Positions 34,538-54,715 of a stretch of 64,000 nt of DNA are shown one piece after another. Every line of letters starts with the position of its first letter. The stretch's first letter is position 1. Source of the DNA: Hormiphora californensis (Eukaryota > Animalia > Ctenophora). The stretch spans positions 9,300,001 through 9,364,000 of the forward strand of contig CM035351.1 of NCBI GenBank assembly GCA_020137815.1. Direction: 5' to 3'. Both the position numbers and the translations under genes were made by a program. The notes under the pieces were generated by a model. That model searched no databases. It had not been told where the DNA came from and saw only the letters and a program-made list of their open reading frames with translations.

Positions 34538-35310
34538 ATGTTTTTAAATTTCCTGCTCCGGAACTCATCATGGCGTCAGGGACTACTGAAACAGAGACAG
34601 CTCTTCCTGGAAGGTATGTGTACCATACTGGATTTCGAATTCTCCAACTCCCCTAAAATCTAGATACCCCTCTGATACCTGACCCCTCCCGGGAGGGGTC
34701 AGGTATCAGACCCTGCATTAACTAAAGGGAGGGGTATCTAGATTTTAGGGGAGTTGGAGAATTCGAAATCCAGCTCCCCCAGTCCCCCAATAGGGCCTGA
34801 TACTAACCAACTAAACCTTCCCTTCCCCAACAGGTAAGACATCCAAGTACCCGGCATACTGCCCTGTCTATGCATGTGGAAATATCCACTGCCACGACCA
34901 CCGGGAGAGAGATGAGGATAAAACAAATCGCTCTTACCCCACTGAGGGCTTCGATTACACTTTTACCCGACTGGTTGAGAAACTTCTTGGGGCCTCCATT
35001 GTGTACTACATCATTTTCAAGTGCTGGTACTCCCCTGCCGAGGTATGTCATTTTAATGTTGTATTGTTGTGTTGTTTGTCAGTTTGTCAGTTTGTTTGTC
35101 CGACTCATAGTGCATGGACGTTTCATGGCTATTGTTCATGATAACGGGTAACTATTCCTTCTGTCCTCCCCAAATCCCCAACTATGTTGTCTATCTCATC
35201 AGGCCACTGGTCACGACTGGAATAACTACGAATGGGATGACTGGGAGTTCTACGCTGATGCTAAGGCTGAGGCTGACCCTTCAAAAGCTAAATTCATGCT
35301 GAAAGGCTAG
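34538..35310 (+). CDS. Probable complex I subunit NDUFB2 (AGGG)-like, 3 exons (34538-34613, 34834-35043, 35203-35310)
   Basis: Spliced ORF with presequence-like N-terminus and RLVEKLLGASIVYYIIFKCWYSPAEATGHDWNNYEWDD, resembling the NDUFB2 LGAxMWFWIxxR...GH...W motif. Confidence 0.55.
34628..34773. repeat. Nested inverted repeat (MITE-like) in an intron
   Basis: About 45-bp outer arms enclosing the 40-bp perfect palindrome TCTGATACCTGACCCCTCCCGGGAGGGGTCAGGTATCAGA. Confidence 0.8.
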
Positions 35311-35547
35311 AATCTCACGTGATTAAATAGACTGTCTGTGTATGAGTGAGAGAGAAAGACTGCCAATTCTGCTGCACAAGTATGAGAGATAGTTGTGTGT
35401 TAAGTTATTGGTTTTTGTTACAACACCCGTATAAGACGCGTTTTAAAGAATTCTAACACTGCTAACAATACAACTAATATTTTACATCGTCATTTTCAGT
35501 TCATCAATCTATCCGCACCTACAGCTCTATTGAACATTGTTCTTCAC

Positions 35548-35680
35548 ACATCCCCTACTCTCTAGAAGCGTTCTTACCACATCCTCTACTCTCTAGAAGC
35601 GTTCTTGCCATATCCTCTACTCTCTAGTTTTGGACGGCCACATCCTCTACTCTCTAGTTTTGGGCAGCCACATCCTCTAA
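35548..35680. repeat. ~30-bp tandem repeat (4-5 copies) at the stop codon/3' UTR of the GPCR gene
   Basis: CATCCTCTACTCTCTAG units. Confidence 0.8.
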
Positions 35681-38493
35681 TTTGTAACTGGTGTAATTGG
35701 TCTGGCTAAAGTAGGGTCCATTGCAGCAACTACCCCTCCCGGTCCCGCCATATAGACACTAGCAGTAGCGGTACTAATAACACTCTTCCTCTTTTTCTGG
35801 CTGGGAGCATGGAAGATGGGGTTGAGGACCGCATTAGCAGGGATGAGAACTATAGCCACGACCTCATAAAACTCCTGAGATATCTCCCTACCAGTGAGAC
35901 TCAGAACTGTGGCGATGATGATCGGTAACCATGCTAGGAGTTGAGATCCAACTATCAGTGTGACCTTCTTGGACAGAGCACTGTTCTCCCTAGCCTTTAC
36001 TGCTCTGAAGGAGGGGTTCACAGGTAGCTGGTCTGGACTTGTATTGGATCGCCACTATGTAGAGATAGGAGATGGAGAAGGAGAGGATGAGAGCCCCTAC
36101 CACAGTAGTGTACACCATTTTAACCACCCGAAGAGATCCGTTAGGTTCATTTCCAAAGATGTTGTGGATACACAGTGGGGACTGGTTGAAGAATCCTAGC
36201 TTGTTGTGTGTTGCAAAGGGGGAGGGTGAGGAGGTGAGGTTGGACAGAGGCCTGCCAGGCTCTCCTCCCAAGAAAACTTCCTAAACTCATCCCTAGGTCC
36301 GAAATATTCAGCTAGCAGCTCCACAAGATCGGTTTTAGTTGCCATCTTCACCATGACATTGTCAGGGAAGAATACCCGGGACACGAATACATCCTGGAGT
36401 TGTTCAACAGGGAGGACCATGAAGCAGTTCCCTGTTATGTTAACCAGGTTGAGGAGGAGTAGACCCACTGCCACTCTCCTGGGAGGGAAGTGAGCTAGTA
36501 ATCTGCTACAGACATGACACCGGACTAGACCCATCACCAGGATAGTGAGGAGAGAGCCATGACAGGATAGGGTGAATATCACCCCTGTACTGGTACACAC
36601 TGTAGGAGCTCCTCCATTGGGTATCGAACATGCAGTACTTGCCGTGATACTGGGCGTGTTTAGTAACAATGATGAACAGATACACACCCATCAGCATGTC
36701 ATAGACACCCAGTTGGAGACATAAGCATGGTATTGAGGACGGAGGAGTGGGCCCAGAACCCCGCACAACGCAGTTTCATGACGTGTTTTATGAAGGAGCG
36801 CAGGTTCAACCCAAATATGACGAGGACCTAACCCGCACATGTAGTAAGGACAGGTAGCTACTACTGATTAGGAATCTTTCATCACTTAGTGTGTCTCGGG
36901 AACTGCAGCTTTGACACTCATCAGACAGATCTTTACAAGTCAGGAACTCCATCACAAACCCTAGAACGGGAGATACTGCCCTCTTCCGTCCATGCAGGAG
37001 AACCTGTTCCCACAGTAGAGCTCATCAGCCCCGTTTGGGCAGTCTCTCACTCCATCACATACCTCTACATCGTTTGAGAGTTGGATGGTAGAGTTAGGAC
37101 TGCACGTGTAGTCGAGTTGAAAATCATTGGTTAGTTTTATGAAGGGGCAGTGCTTGGCAACGTGTGGACACCATCTCATACACACTGCCTCCACATCCAA
37201 CTTTTCCATCCTTTTCTCGAACTGCCGCATTCTATCCATTAGCTCCGTCATACATTGCCTTAAACCACTGGTGGCGATACTCTCAGTTTCTGTAGGGCAG
37301 CTCCCCTCCTCTCCGTCCTCCCCTCCCCTGTCTTTCTGAATGGTCTTGCAGGCCGCCACACCCCTAGTAGTCTCACAGTCAAGGTACCGGGAACACACAC
37401 ACTCATCACTCGAATCCAAACAATCAGGTATCCCATCACATACCTGATCTAGGACGATACAACCAATCCCATCACTACAATAGAATACCTCTACATCTCC
37501 CCCACAGTCACACTCATCAGTAGCACAGGAGGAGCGACCATCACAGAGCGCTGACAAGGGCAGTTGACACTCCTCAGCGGTCCTAGAAGCGGTTAGAAAG
37601 GGACAACTCCTGGTCGAGTTCAATAACACTTTTAGATCCCTCCTACCGCCTGGCAATTTCATTTTCATTTGCTCACACCTTCCTGATCCAGTCAAGGTAA
37701 AGACTACTTTCTGCTTTCCTCCATCGCCTCCTAGGTTCTTTATCAGATCGGGAATTATACCGAGGCCGAGGCCAGAAGAACCATTTTTACCAGGTTGCCC
37801 TTTTCCCGAATCCTTCTTCCCTGAATCCTTCTTTCCAGAATCCTTCTTTCCAGAACCCTTGTCCTTGTTACATCCTTCATCATCATCATCCAATAGATTA
37901 CTAGTATCAACATTATCATTGGAATCCAACAGATCAGTATCCACTGTACTATTCTGCTTGGTAGGGAGTTCCGAATCCTCAGCATTGCTTCCACCCGCTC
38001 CCTGTGTTACATTTCCCCCGGATAAGGCTCGAGCCCCCTGAGTTTTATTTCCCATAGATTGGACTTCCTGAGTTTTGTCCCCTTTGATCCCCCCGGTACC
38101 GTTTCCCCGAGTTTTGTTTTTATTGTTACCTCCTCCTTTTCCTTTGTTGCTCAGTACAACAGAAATGTCAATTGAACTATCGTCAGTATTTTCAGCAAGT
38201 TTACGGCTTCCCAAGAGTCCTCGAGTTTTGTTCCCTTTCTTTCCATTTCCTGTCCCACCTTCTGCTAACTCTAGTAGAGCGGCCAACTGCTCGTCTGAGG
38301 CATCTTTCAGCTTCCCACGGAGCTGCTCCTCTGAGGCATCTTTCAGCTTCTCACGGATTTGTTTTCTATCCTCTGGTGATAAACCACCTCCTCCACCGGT
38401 CCTCTCTCCCTTCCCCTTGTTTCCCCTGCCTCCCCTTCCTCCTTCAAATGCGGGACAACAGACAAGCAAAAAAATCAGAATTATCCGCAGCAT
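35677..38493 (-). CDS. LDLa-repeat rhodopsin-class GPCR (GRL101/RXFP-like 7TM), apparently intronless, frameshifted
   Basis: Signal peptide, Gly/Lys-rich region, LDLa repeats (VCDGIPDCLDSSDEC, VCDGVRDCPNGADE), 7TM motifs LGVYDMLMGVYLFII...WRSS, LIVGSQLLAWLP, IPANAVLNPIF. Confidence 0.8.
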
Positions 38494-38858
38494 GTTTGGT
38501 GGTCTCTAAAGAATAATAAGTACCCAGCTACATGAGAGTCCAGTTGTTGGGGGGAGTCAAGTATTTATAAAATATAACGTAGCGAACTGCAGATTTAGAT
38601 AAGTGGATGCATACGAAAACAGCTCTTAATAGGATTTTAGGTGAATCAAGGAATGGTGAGGAATCACATGTTGACTCATCTTACTGTGATGTATCAAATG
38701 GACCCCCTGATTTTCATAACTTATTATTGCTCCCCGAAATTTAAGTGGTTATCCTGGCAGAATTATGTAGCCAGTTTCAGCACGCATTAAAAGATTACGT
38801 CAAGTGGTGATCGACTGGACACTGTGGTCGGTGGATCGGAGATCTGAAGAATCATATC

Positions 38859-40364
38859 ATGTTCAGTGCTACAAAAGTACGTGTTTCATGTTTTTCTCCG
38901 TTTAATTTCATGTTTAATTTAATTTCATGTTTAATTTCATGTTTGTTGATAAAATGTAACTTTTTATTAACTCACTTCGTCCAGGCGGCTGGGTTGTTTG
39001 AGGGATGTCTGGTGGAGGAAGGGGATGTTATCTTATCAGAATACCTGGCAGCATACAATGAGTTGAAAAACATCTTTCCCGCCCTTGGAAATGTGAGTGG
39101 TATATTACTATATTGTGTTGTTGTCCTATGTAGAGCTGTCTGGCGATTTGGTGCGCTCAGATTTGTTTTGTTAAAACCCATTTTATGGGGGTCTAGCTAG
39201 GTAGGAAGCGTAGATGGGGCTGGCGGCGCCAGACAGATGTAGAGCGAATGTCCTTATACAATTTTAGCTATATTGGTGGGTCCCAGCTAAATATAAAACA
39301 TATTTATTATTCCAGGTGTTTGGTTTTGTCTCCCAAGAGATTACAGCTAAGATTGGTATCCTAGAGGGATTTCTAAATTCTCACCCTGACAACTACTGTA
39401 CTGTACGTGGCATGATGGAGTTTGAAATGAGAACATGTGTCATTTCAGGTGGATAGGGAGAACGGGTGTAGGACTTTGCTGAGACTTCACAGGGCACTAG
39501 GTATATTCAACATGCCTCTCTTTCTCTCGAATTCTGAATAAATCAGAAAGGAAATCATGGATGTCCTTCGTCAAACTAGCACTGACCCCTTCTCTATTTT
39601 GTTCAGAGTTTGTTACCAAGTTTCTCCAAGTCCTGACAACGGATTCAAATGAAAGTCTCAGAGACCCGGTCAGACACTCATACCGGTGAGCTATTATGGC
39701 AGATTAGTATTTAGCCTCAACTCTCTGAAAGAAATATCAGATACCTATTTTTAGCTAGATATCTTTTTGAGCAGTCGCGTGATTCCTATCTTATTTCACT
39801 ATCTGATCTTATTTCTTTACTATTTAAACCCCGTTTATTTCCTAGTCTTTACTTTTTGTTTTATAATTTTTCAGTCCCGCGTGTAGTTTTTCAACTTTTT
39901 ACTATTTCACTAAATTAGCTTAGCTTTAGAATTTTCCAGTAATTTTTATTTTACGATTGGTATGTGTACAGTTTTTCTAACATGTATATTCCGTATATTA
40001 TAGCCTGAAGATGGTGCTGTGCGCCGAAATTGATAGCGTTATTCTACAATAAAATCTACGTCTACTCATTTGTCCAGCCGGAAGGAGAAAACAAAACTTC
40101 CTCACCTATTTTCCTTCTTACAAGGAAATCCAATTTCAATTTACCAAATTGTGTTCCATTTTCAGGGATACACTGGCAGTTCACCATTCCTGGTTAGTAC
40201 GTCAGACGGTGGGGGCAGCATTGCACACCCTACCCTCTCGGTCTACTCTTCTGAGGAATATCGAGGGAACTGATGATCTCTCTTGTCTGGTGTATTTTAC
40301 CCGCACTGTCCATGACACTGTTCAGAGTTTGTTCAAACAACACCACTTGTTGGATCTTCAATAA
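38859..40364 (+). CDS. Glycolipid/ceramide-1-phosphate transfer protein (GLTP family, CPTP-like), 5 exons
   Basis: YLAAYNEL...LGNVFGFV, RTLLRLHRALEF, TLAVHHSWLVR, LPSR, HHLLDLQ. Confidence 0.85.
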
Positions 40365-41711
40365 CCAGCATCATGAAATGTTGACACTACCATGACTCAC
40401 TAAGCCAGATAGGGGTTATATATCAAAGTTTTAAAACCTGGTTATACCTGATTAGCACTTTAAAACTACTACCTCAACCTGTCAGACCATGACGTCGCCA
40501 GGTAGCAGTCAAGTTTTAAAATTTACAGGTTGTATCCAAGTTTTAAATTGTATCGCCCTGGTTACCGATCAGATAGTGCAATCTGATTGGTTAAGTTTGA
40601 TTTGTGTTGAATTATTTCACTACCTAAACCGTTGAATAATTATGTTTGACGTCTAATTCTATGCCAGATCAGACAGAGGTTTAAAACCTAGGCTGACGTG
40701 ACATAAGACAGGTTGAAGGTTTTATATAAATTTACAGTTTTCATGAGTTAGTAGTCAACTACTTTTGGTAATGAAATTACCTCTCTGTATTATTGCTCAT
40801 ATGCAATAATATAAAAGGGGTGACTTCGTAACCAACAACTACTTTGTTTAAGTTTGAATGTCCGATGAATCCGATTCAGAATATGATTCAGATAATGAAA
40901 AAAGTAGAACAGACAATTGCAAATGTAATTTTATTTTTGAGTAGATTTCATATTTTTGCCTTTGATATGATGCTTTTGAATGTTAGTTTAATAGTTGGTA
41001 TCAAATCAAAATGGTTTCGTTTGCCGAGTGGTGAATTTTCCAGGCGCGGATTTCATAGGACTACGCTGGAAGCCTGTGGCGCGCTGCGCGTGTTTGGAAC
41101 CGATAAACTAATTTTCATGAAAATTTCATTTCCAAACTTAAATTTTTCAAAGTCTGCGAGAGATTTTTTAAAGATTGAAAAGCGCTGCCTTATCCCTTTC
41201 TTGTAATCAGAAATCGAAGTTCGAACGTAGATCAGAGATGAGTAATGAAAGTATCAGATTGCTACTTGCACCTAGCAGAATTCTATCTTCCCATTAGTTC
41301 GTGCAAGAAATTTGTATAATTCTGGCGGTGATCCCTTTTTTGTTTCTGAGAACTGCCGTTGTATCTCAGTTTCCCGTTATAATTGTGCAGTTTATGCTCT
41401 TCATCATTGTATCGTGAACTAGTTTAACCACTAACAATGCCGTAAACCCGTCACAGCTGGCCTTGGCATAATAGTGTCAATTCTCTGAGAATAAATCATC
41501 AATCACCATTGACACTATTATGCCAAGGCCTCCCCTCCAAAGCTGCCGTGTTTTCATTGTACCATACACACACATAAAATACAAGCAGTTTCATTTTGAG
41601 AAAAATGATAAAAGTTTTTACATGCAAATGCCAAGGCTTCAATACATCAAATATCAATATTTCAGTCCCACATATTCAGATTTCAGTAGCCCTCAGTGAG
41701 ATCTGCTTCGT

Positions 41712-42820
41712 CTACAGGAGCTCGGGAACGTTGTCTGCAAAGTCTCCCATCATATTCCCGGCAGGGTAATACTGGCAGCAAGTGTAGATCCAGCCGCTAG
41801 CATTCTCAGAGGCATCAGTGACTGAACATCCCAACTTCTGGGTGCTTTTCCATACCAGCTGAGAAAGAGGTCTTGTTAGTTCTCGGGGGTGTTTGGATCT
41901 ATACAAGTGGATAAGGAACAACACACAGACACAACTAAAAGGAGGGTGGGGGACACAAGTAAATTCTGGCGGCGTCGACCCGACCTGGGTGCAATGCCAG
42001 AATCAAAACAGGGTCTAACCACTGACCGGACAAAAAAGGGGGGAATTGTGTTGCCTACCTGTGTGAAGTGTCCTACACTAGAGCTGTATCCAGGGTAGTT
42101 CCAGTTGTAGTTATCTATCTCATTGTACCAATCATCAACTGACTGATCTGGTACATCACTGGCGGGAGTTCCCCAGGACATTGCCAGATTCTCACCATAC
42201 CTTGTGGGGGGGGTGTTAATTAATTATGTTAATTAATATCATTATGTGTTAGGTTGATTGATGACTGATAAGAGCGGTTGTCATTGCCCCCTATCTGGGA
42301 CCCACGAGGTGTTTGGTATGTCAATTGTTAGTATTCTGTGGCGTACTACAATCATGCCTAATTTCCATATTTACCCGGAGGAGCTGTGATAGAAAGCGTT
42401 CTCACTGGCGAGTTTGGAGCAGAAAGCAGCAGCAGAAGCCTGGATGGTGGTATCAATAGTCAGGGCAGGTGATCCGTGTAGTGCCCGGTATTCGTTGGTT
42501 CGTGCCAGAATCTCTTGCTCTGCGCTTCCCCTCTTGACAAGTGCCTCCTCTGCTGTGATACTCCTTTTATCATTAGGCATTGCTCCTCCTTTCCATTCCG
42601 CATAGACAGTTTCAGTGCCCCGCTTCCCATATGCCCATTTGTCCGCCATTTTCATGGGAGTACTCACGGCACACCTAGGATGGGAGTCGGGAGTAAAAAA
42701 AGTAAATTAATAGAATAAATTAAAACAGAAGGTATCATTATATCGTTGTTTATCAATAAGGTTCAGTTTAGTTGTAACTTACCCAACAAGAACTACAACA
42801 ATGAGAGTTGCTCGCAACAT
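41712..42820 (-). CDS. Secreted CAP/SCP superfamily protein, 4 exons
   Basis: Signal peptide MLRATLIVVVLV, NEYRALHG, YGENLA, WYNEI...GHFTQ|LVWKSTQKLGC, CQYYPAGN...NV. Confidence 0.88.
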
Positions 42821-43053
42821 TTCAAATTAGTGATTTGAGTTTAGAACACAGTCAAACAACAACAGTATTTTGAATTAATTCTCCAGTTTAGATTTCGAGT
42901 TTTTATAGTAAAACCACGGGTACTTCTTTAGACAACCTCCATTGTTTACAGCCTTCCCGAGAGGTGTCTGCAGTGCAGTAGTAGCCCCCGTCTATAGCCT
43001 TTTGAATAATGTGGTCTACTGTTGTTGTCGTGTTGGTGTGATACGGCTAACAA

Positions 43054-43162
43054 TAGGAACTGACCGGCACAAGTAAACAACCAATCAGAACTCGTTATTT
43101 AGGTCACGTGACTGGTTATCAGCCAATCAGGGACCAGTATTTCCTGATTCGGTCGGTTCCTG
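43054..43162. mobile_element. ~110-bp hAT-type MITE, copy 1
   Basis: TIR (C/T)AGGAAC..ACCG / CGGTCGGTTCCTG; 8-bp TSD GCTAACAA. Confidence 0.88.
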
Positions 43163-44084
43163 GCTAACAATATGGAGAATATGAACAATGGCCGTCAGCT
43201 GTTATACTTAGAGTGATAAAAAATATCGAAAGGTCTGCCTTACAACATGAGATCTCCAACATCTCACCTGAGGGCTTCCCGCACATTGTTATTCTGGCTA
43301 GTTATCAGTAGACCGGGTAAGAGTTGTACTGCAGCAGCAGCTCAACATGGCAGTCTATATGATCACTATCTCATTTTTAATCTTGCAGCACCACATGGAA
43401 TCATATTGGATCTGGTATCTGTATTCTGTAGTAGACTCAACAAGTAATTACTCAAGCATCATGTTGGGTGGGACAATATTCTTGTTCACCTGCTAAATCC
43501 ACCACATGGTCTATAGAGCTGTCAGAGCATTGACCTGACAACTATAGTGTTAGTCTAGCTCTCTGCGGTCTACCCTGACCCACACAAAGGGAAGAAATCC
43601 CGACACCAAGGTTCCCACAATGCAACGTCACATCAACCCATCAACCAAGATTCTCATAAAGGCCAGGGCTGTCGAGCAGAATGAGGCAAATTCTGGCCCA
43701 ATTTATCAGGCTTTTACATAGCGCACGGTGACGGATACACACTACACAGCCCTGGTCACGCGTTCTCGCTGGAGAACCTTCAGCAGAGTAGAGTTTTGGC
43801 CATTCTGGAGTGCAAGTACTGGAGCTCTATTCTAGTAGAGTTTTCCTTCGAGCAACTTTGTGTGATCGCCTCCGTGACTACTCAATACTACTTTTAGTAA
43901 CCTGATCTTGAAAACCTTTGAAGTAATCTCTCCTGTTCAGTAAATTTCCGCCCCTTTCCCGTATTATCCGACATCAAACACGATCGGATGGTATCACCCT
44001 TGCCCTGGTTTGCTCTCTTGTACACACCTACTGTCCAAGAAGCAAGGTAGCAGGCCTTACAAATATCGGCAGATATCTACTGTC

Positions 44085-44200
44085 CAGGAACCGACCGAAT
44101 CAGGAAATACTGGTCCCTGATTGGCTGATAACCATTAACCAATCACGTGACCTAAATAACGAGTTCTGATTGGCTGTTTACTTGTTTCGGTCGGTTCCTG
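44085..44200. mobile_element. ~115-bp hAT-type MITE, copy 2, opposite orientation
   Basis: TIR CAGGAACCGACCGAA / TTCGGTCGGTTCCTG; 8-bp TSD CTACTGTC. Confidence 0.9.
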
Positions 44201-44947
44201 CTACTGTCTATACGAGTGACCGCCGGTCAGTCCGTATAGACAGTAGATCTAAAAAGGTGCAGTGAGTAATTTAGATAAGAAAGTCACGAAGGTAAAAGCA
44301 ACCTTACTTGCGATGTTATGATCTGTGGAAATGATAACTCCTTCCAGCTTTAATCCAGGTCAAAAAAGAGAACGCGGTAATTTTATTGTTACGAACAGTT
44401 TCGATGTAACAACAACTTTTCAACATCCCACACGTCGAAGTTTGTGATTTTTTTCACTTTTTGACTTGCACACCATACGTTAACATGTGATAGGTGCACA
44501 ATAAACGAGCGCACGAGGGGGTGACAATTTCAAAAAATCCAGACTTTACACTTCTCGTAGGTACCTAGGGTTCAGCCACGGAAAAATGTGCAAGTTTTTG
44601 TACATGTCGCCAATTCCAAAGGGAAACGATTCAAATAGTAACATTTATTACTGATTACACTCTTGGGTAACCAGTTGAGCACTCACGGTGGGAGGCGTCT
44701 TAGTACGTGTATACGCCAATTTCCTAAAATTTTTCAGTCAGTCATTGATTTGTCATGGACTCGTAGCTTTATTTACTCTGCAACATTATTTTGGATTATC
44801 AAACCGTCTCACGTATCAGCGAAATATTAGAAGTTGTGAGATCACCTTACACCTGACTAACCCTTGAAGGGATTTTGGGTACAAAATACCAATATTATTG
44901 TTCATATATTGACACATCTAACTCCCTCAAACTATTTACTATTTAGC

Positions 44948-53274
<8,327 letters not shown>

Positions 53275-54125
53275 TGGGGATAGAGGGGTGGTGAAATGTA
53301 GGTGATGGGTACAGATCTTATCGTGATTTTTAGAAGATATATAATGTTTGTAGTGAGAGAGAGGGGAGAGAGAGATGGGGCCGAGAAGATTGATTTGCAC
53401 GGTCTAAGATTGTTATTATTATTATTGTGTAAAATGTGTCCGTGTGTATGTGAATGCGAGATTGTGACCCAATTAATGATTGGCGTTTTAGTTTTTTACA
53501 GACGAGTTTGAGTGAGAACAACTTGAGGAAACCAGAGACAATGAGAGACATAAACGAGAGAAATTCTATATTTTATGAAATGTCTGTGTGTTTGAGAGAG
53601 ATGCAAGACAGTGTGAAATGTGTGATAGCTGATTTTCGTACCCAATGTACAAATTGTAAAGAACAGGATTTTATTTTTGTTTTAGCATTGGTATCCTTCC
53701 CAAAAATAAAGCTGTTTTATTTGGTACCCCCTTCACATGGTGGTGATAGTCGATGGGGTGGATGGTTGTAAGTTGGATTCCATCAATGGTGGTAGATTCT
53801 TGCCGTGTTCGACCCTCTCTCTCTCCGCGCCCCGGGCTTTAACAAAACAAGTAGATTCTGGGTTTATTGTTTACCTACATTATCCTGGTATTTCCCGCCC
53901 AACTCGACACACAAACAAACTTCTCTGGTAACATTACACCGCCCACTACATGTTTTACCATGAGACGGGGACATCCAGACGCTGTGTTCCTCAGAACACG
54001 ATGCCCCCTCTTACAACATGGTCGGAAATTCACTCTTATCTCACATTGACTGTCTTTTTGTGTCAGGTGTCTTCAGCTGCCGCCCTCAAATTTATGTTTC
54101 ACAAACATTTAAACATGTATAGCAA

Positions 54126-54311
<186 letters not shown>

Positions 54312-54715
54312 TACTCAATACTTCAGTGAGCTTTACCTCATTGCTTGGCTTGTATTGCCACCGATATGTCAAAAACGCACGGATACGGGTCCAGTTAGAG
54401 ATTTTGCGACCGAAGTTAGTTACAATGAGGCAGGCCCCTGCTGACACTGCTGACACTGCCGCGCGCGCCACTCTAGATGCAAATCACATCGAAAACCCTG
54501 CTAGTCAACGAAGATATTTCGCGCGCACATGGACTCTCCCAGCTTGCGCCAGTTGCAGATTGGAGGCTGGCGCCAGAAACTGGCGCCAGCCTCCAATCTG
54601 CAACTGGAGCGTACTCCATAAATTCACTACTCTAGCTGCTACCAGTTATCCCTCCAGTCCCCTTCTTATCTCTCTTTTTCTCCAAGCTCCCCTTCCCATT
54701 AGCAGGTCCCCCAAT

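Noticed and set aside
38075-38509. Plus-strand ORFs antisense to real genes (also 460-777, 29659-30015, 33801-34259 and 54632-55048 on their opposite strands)
   Set aside because: Shadow ORFs of coding sequence on the other strand
43054-44200. The two inverted MITEs as ends of one composite 1.1-kb transposon
   Set aside because: Each copy has its own distinct 8-bp TSD
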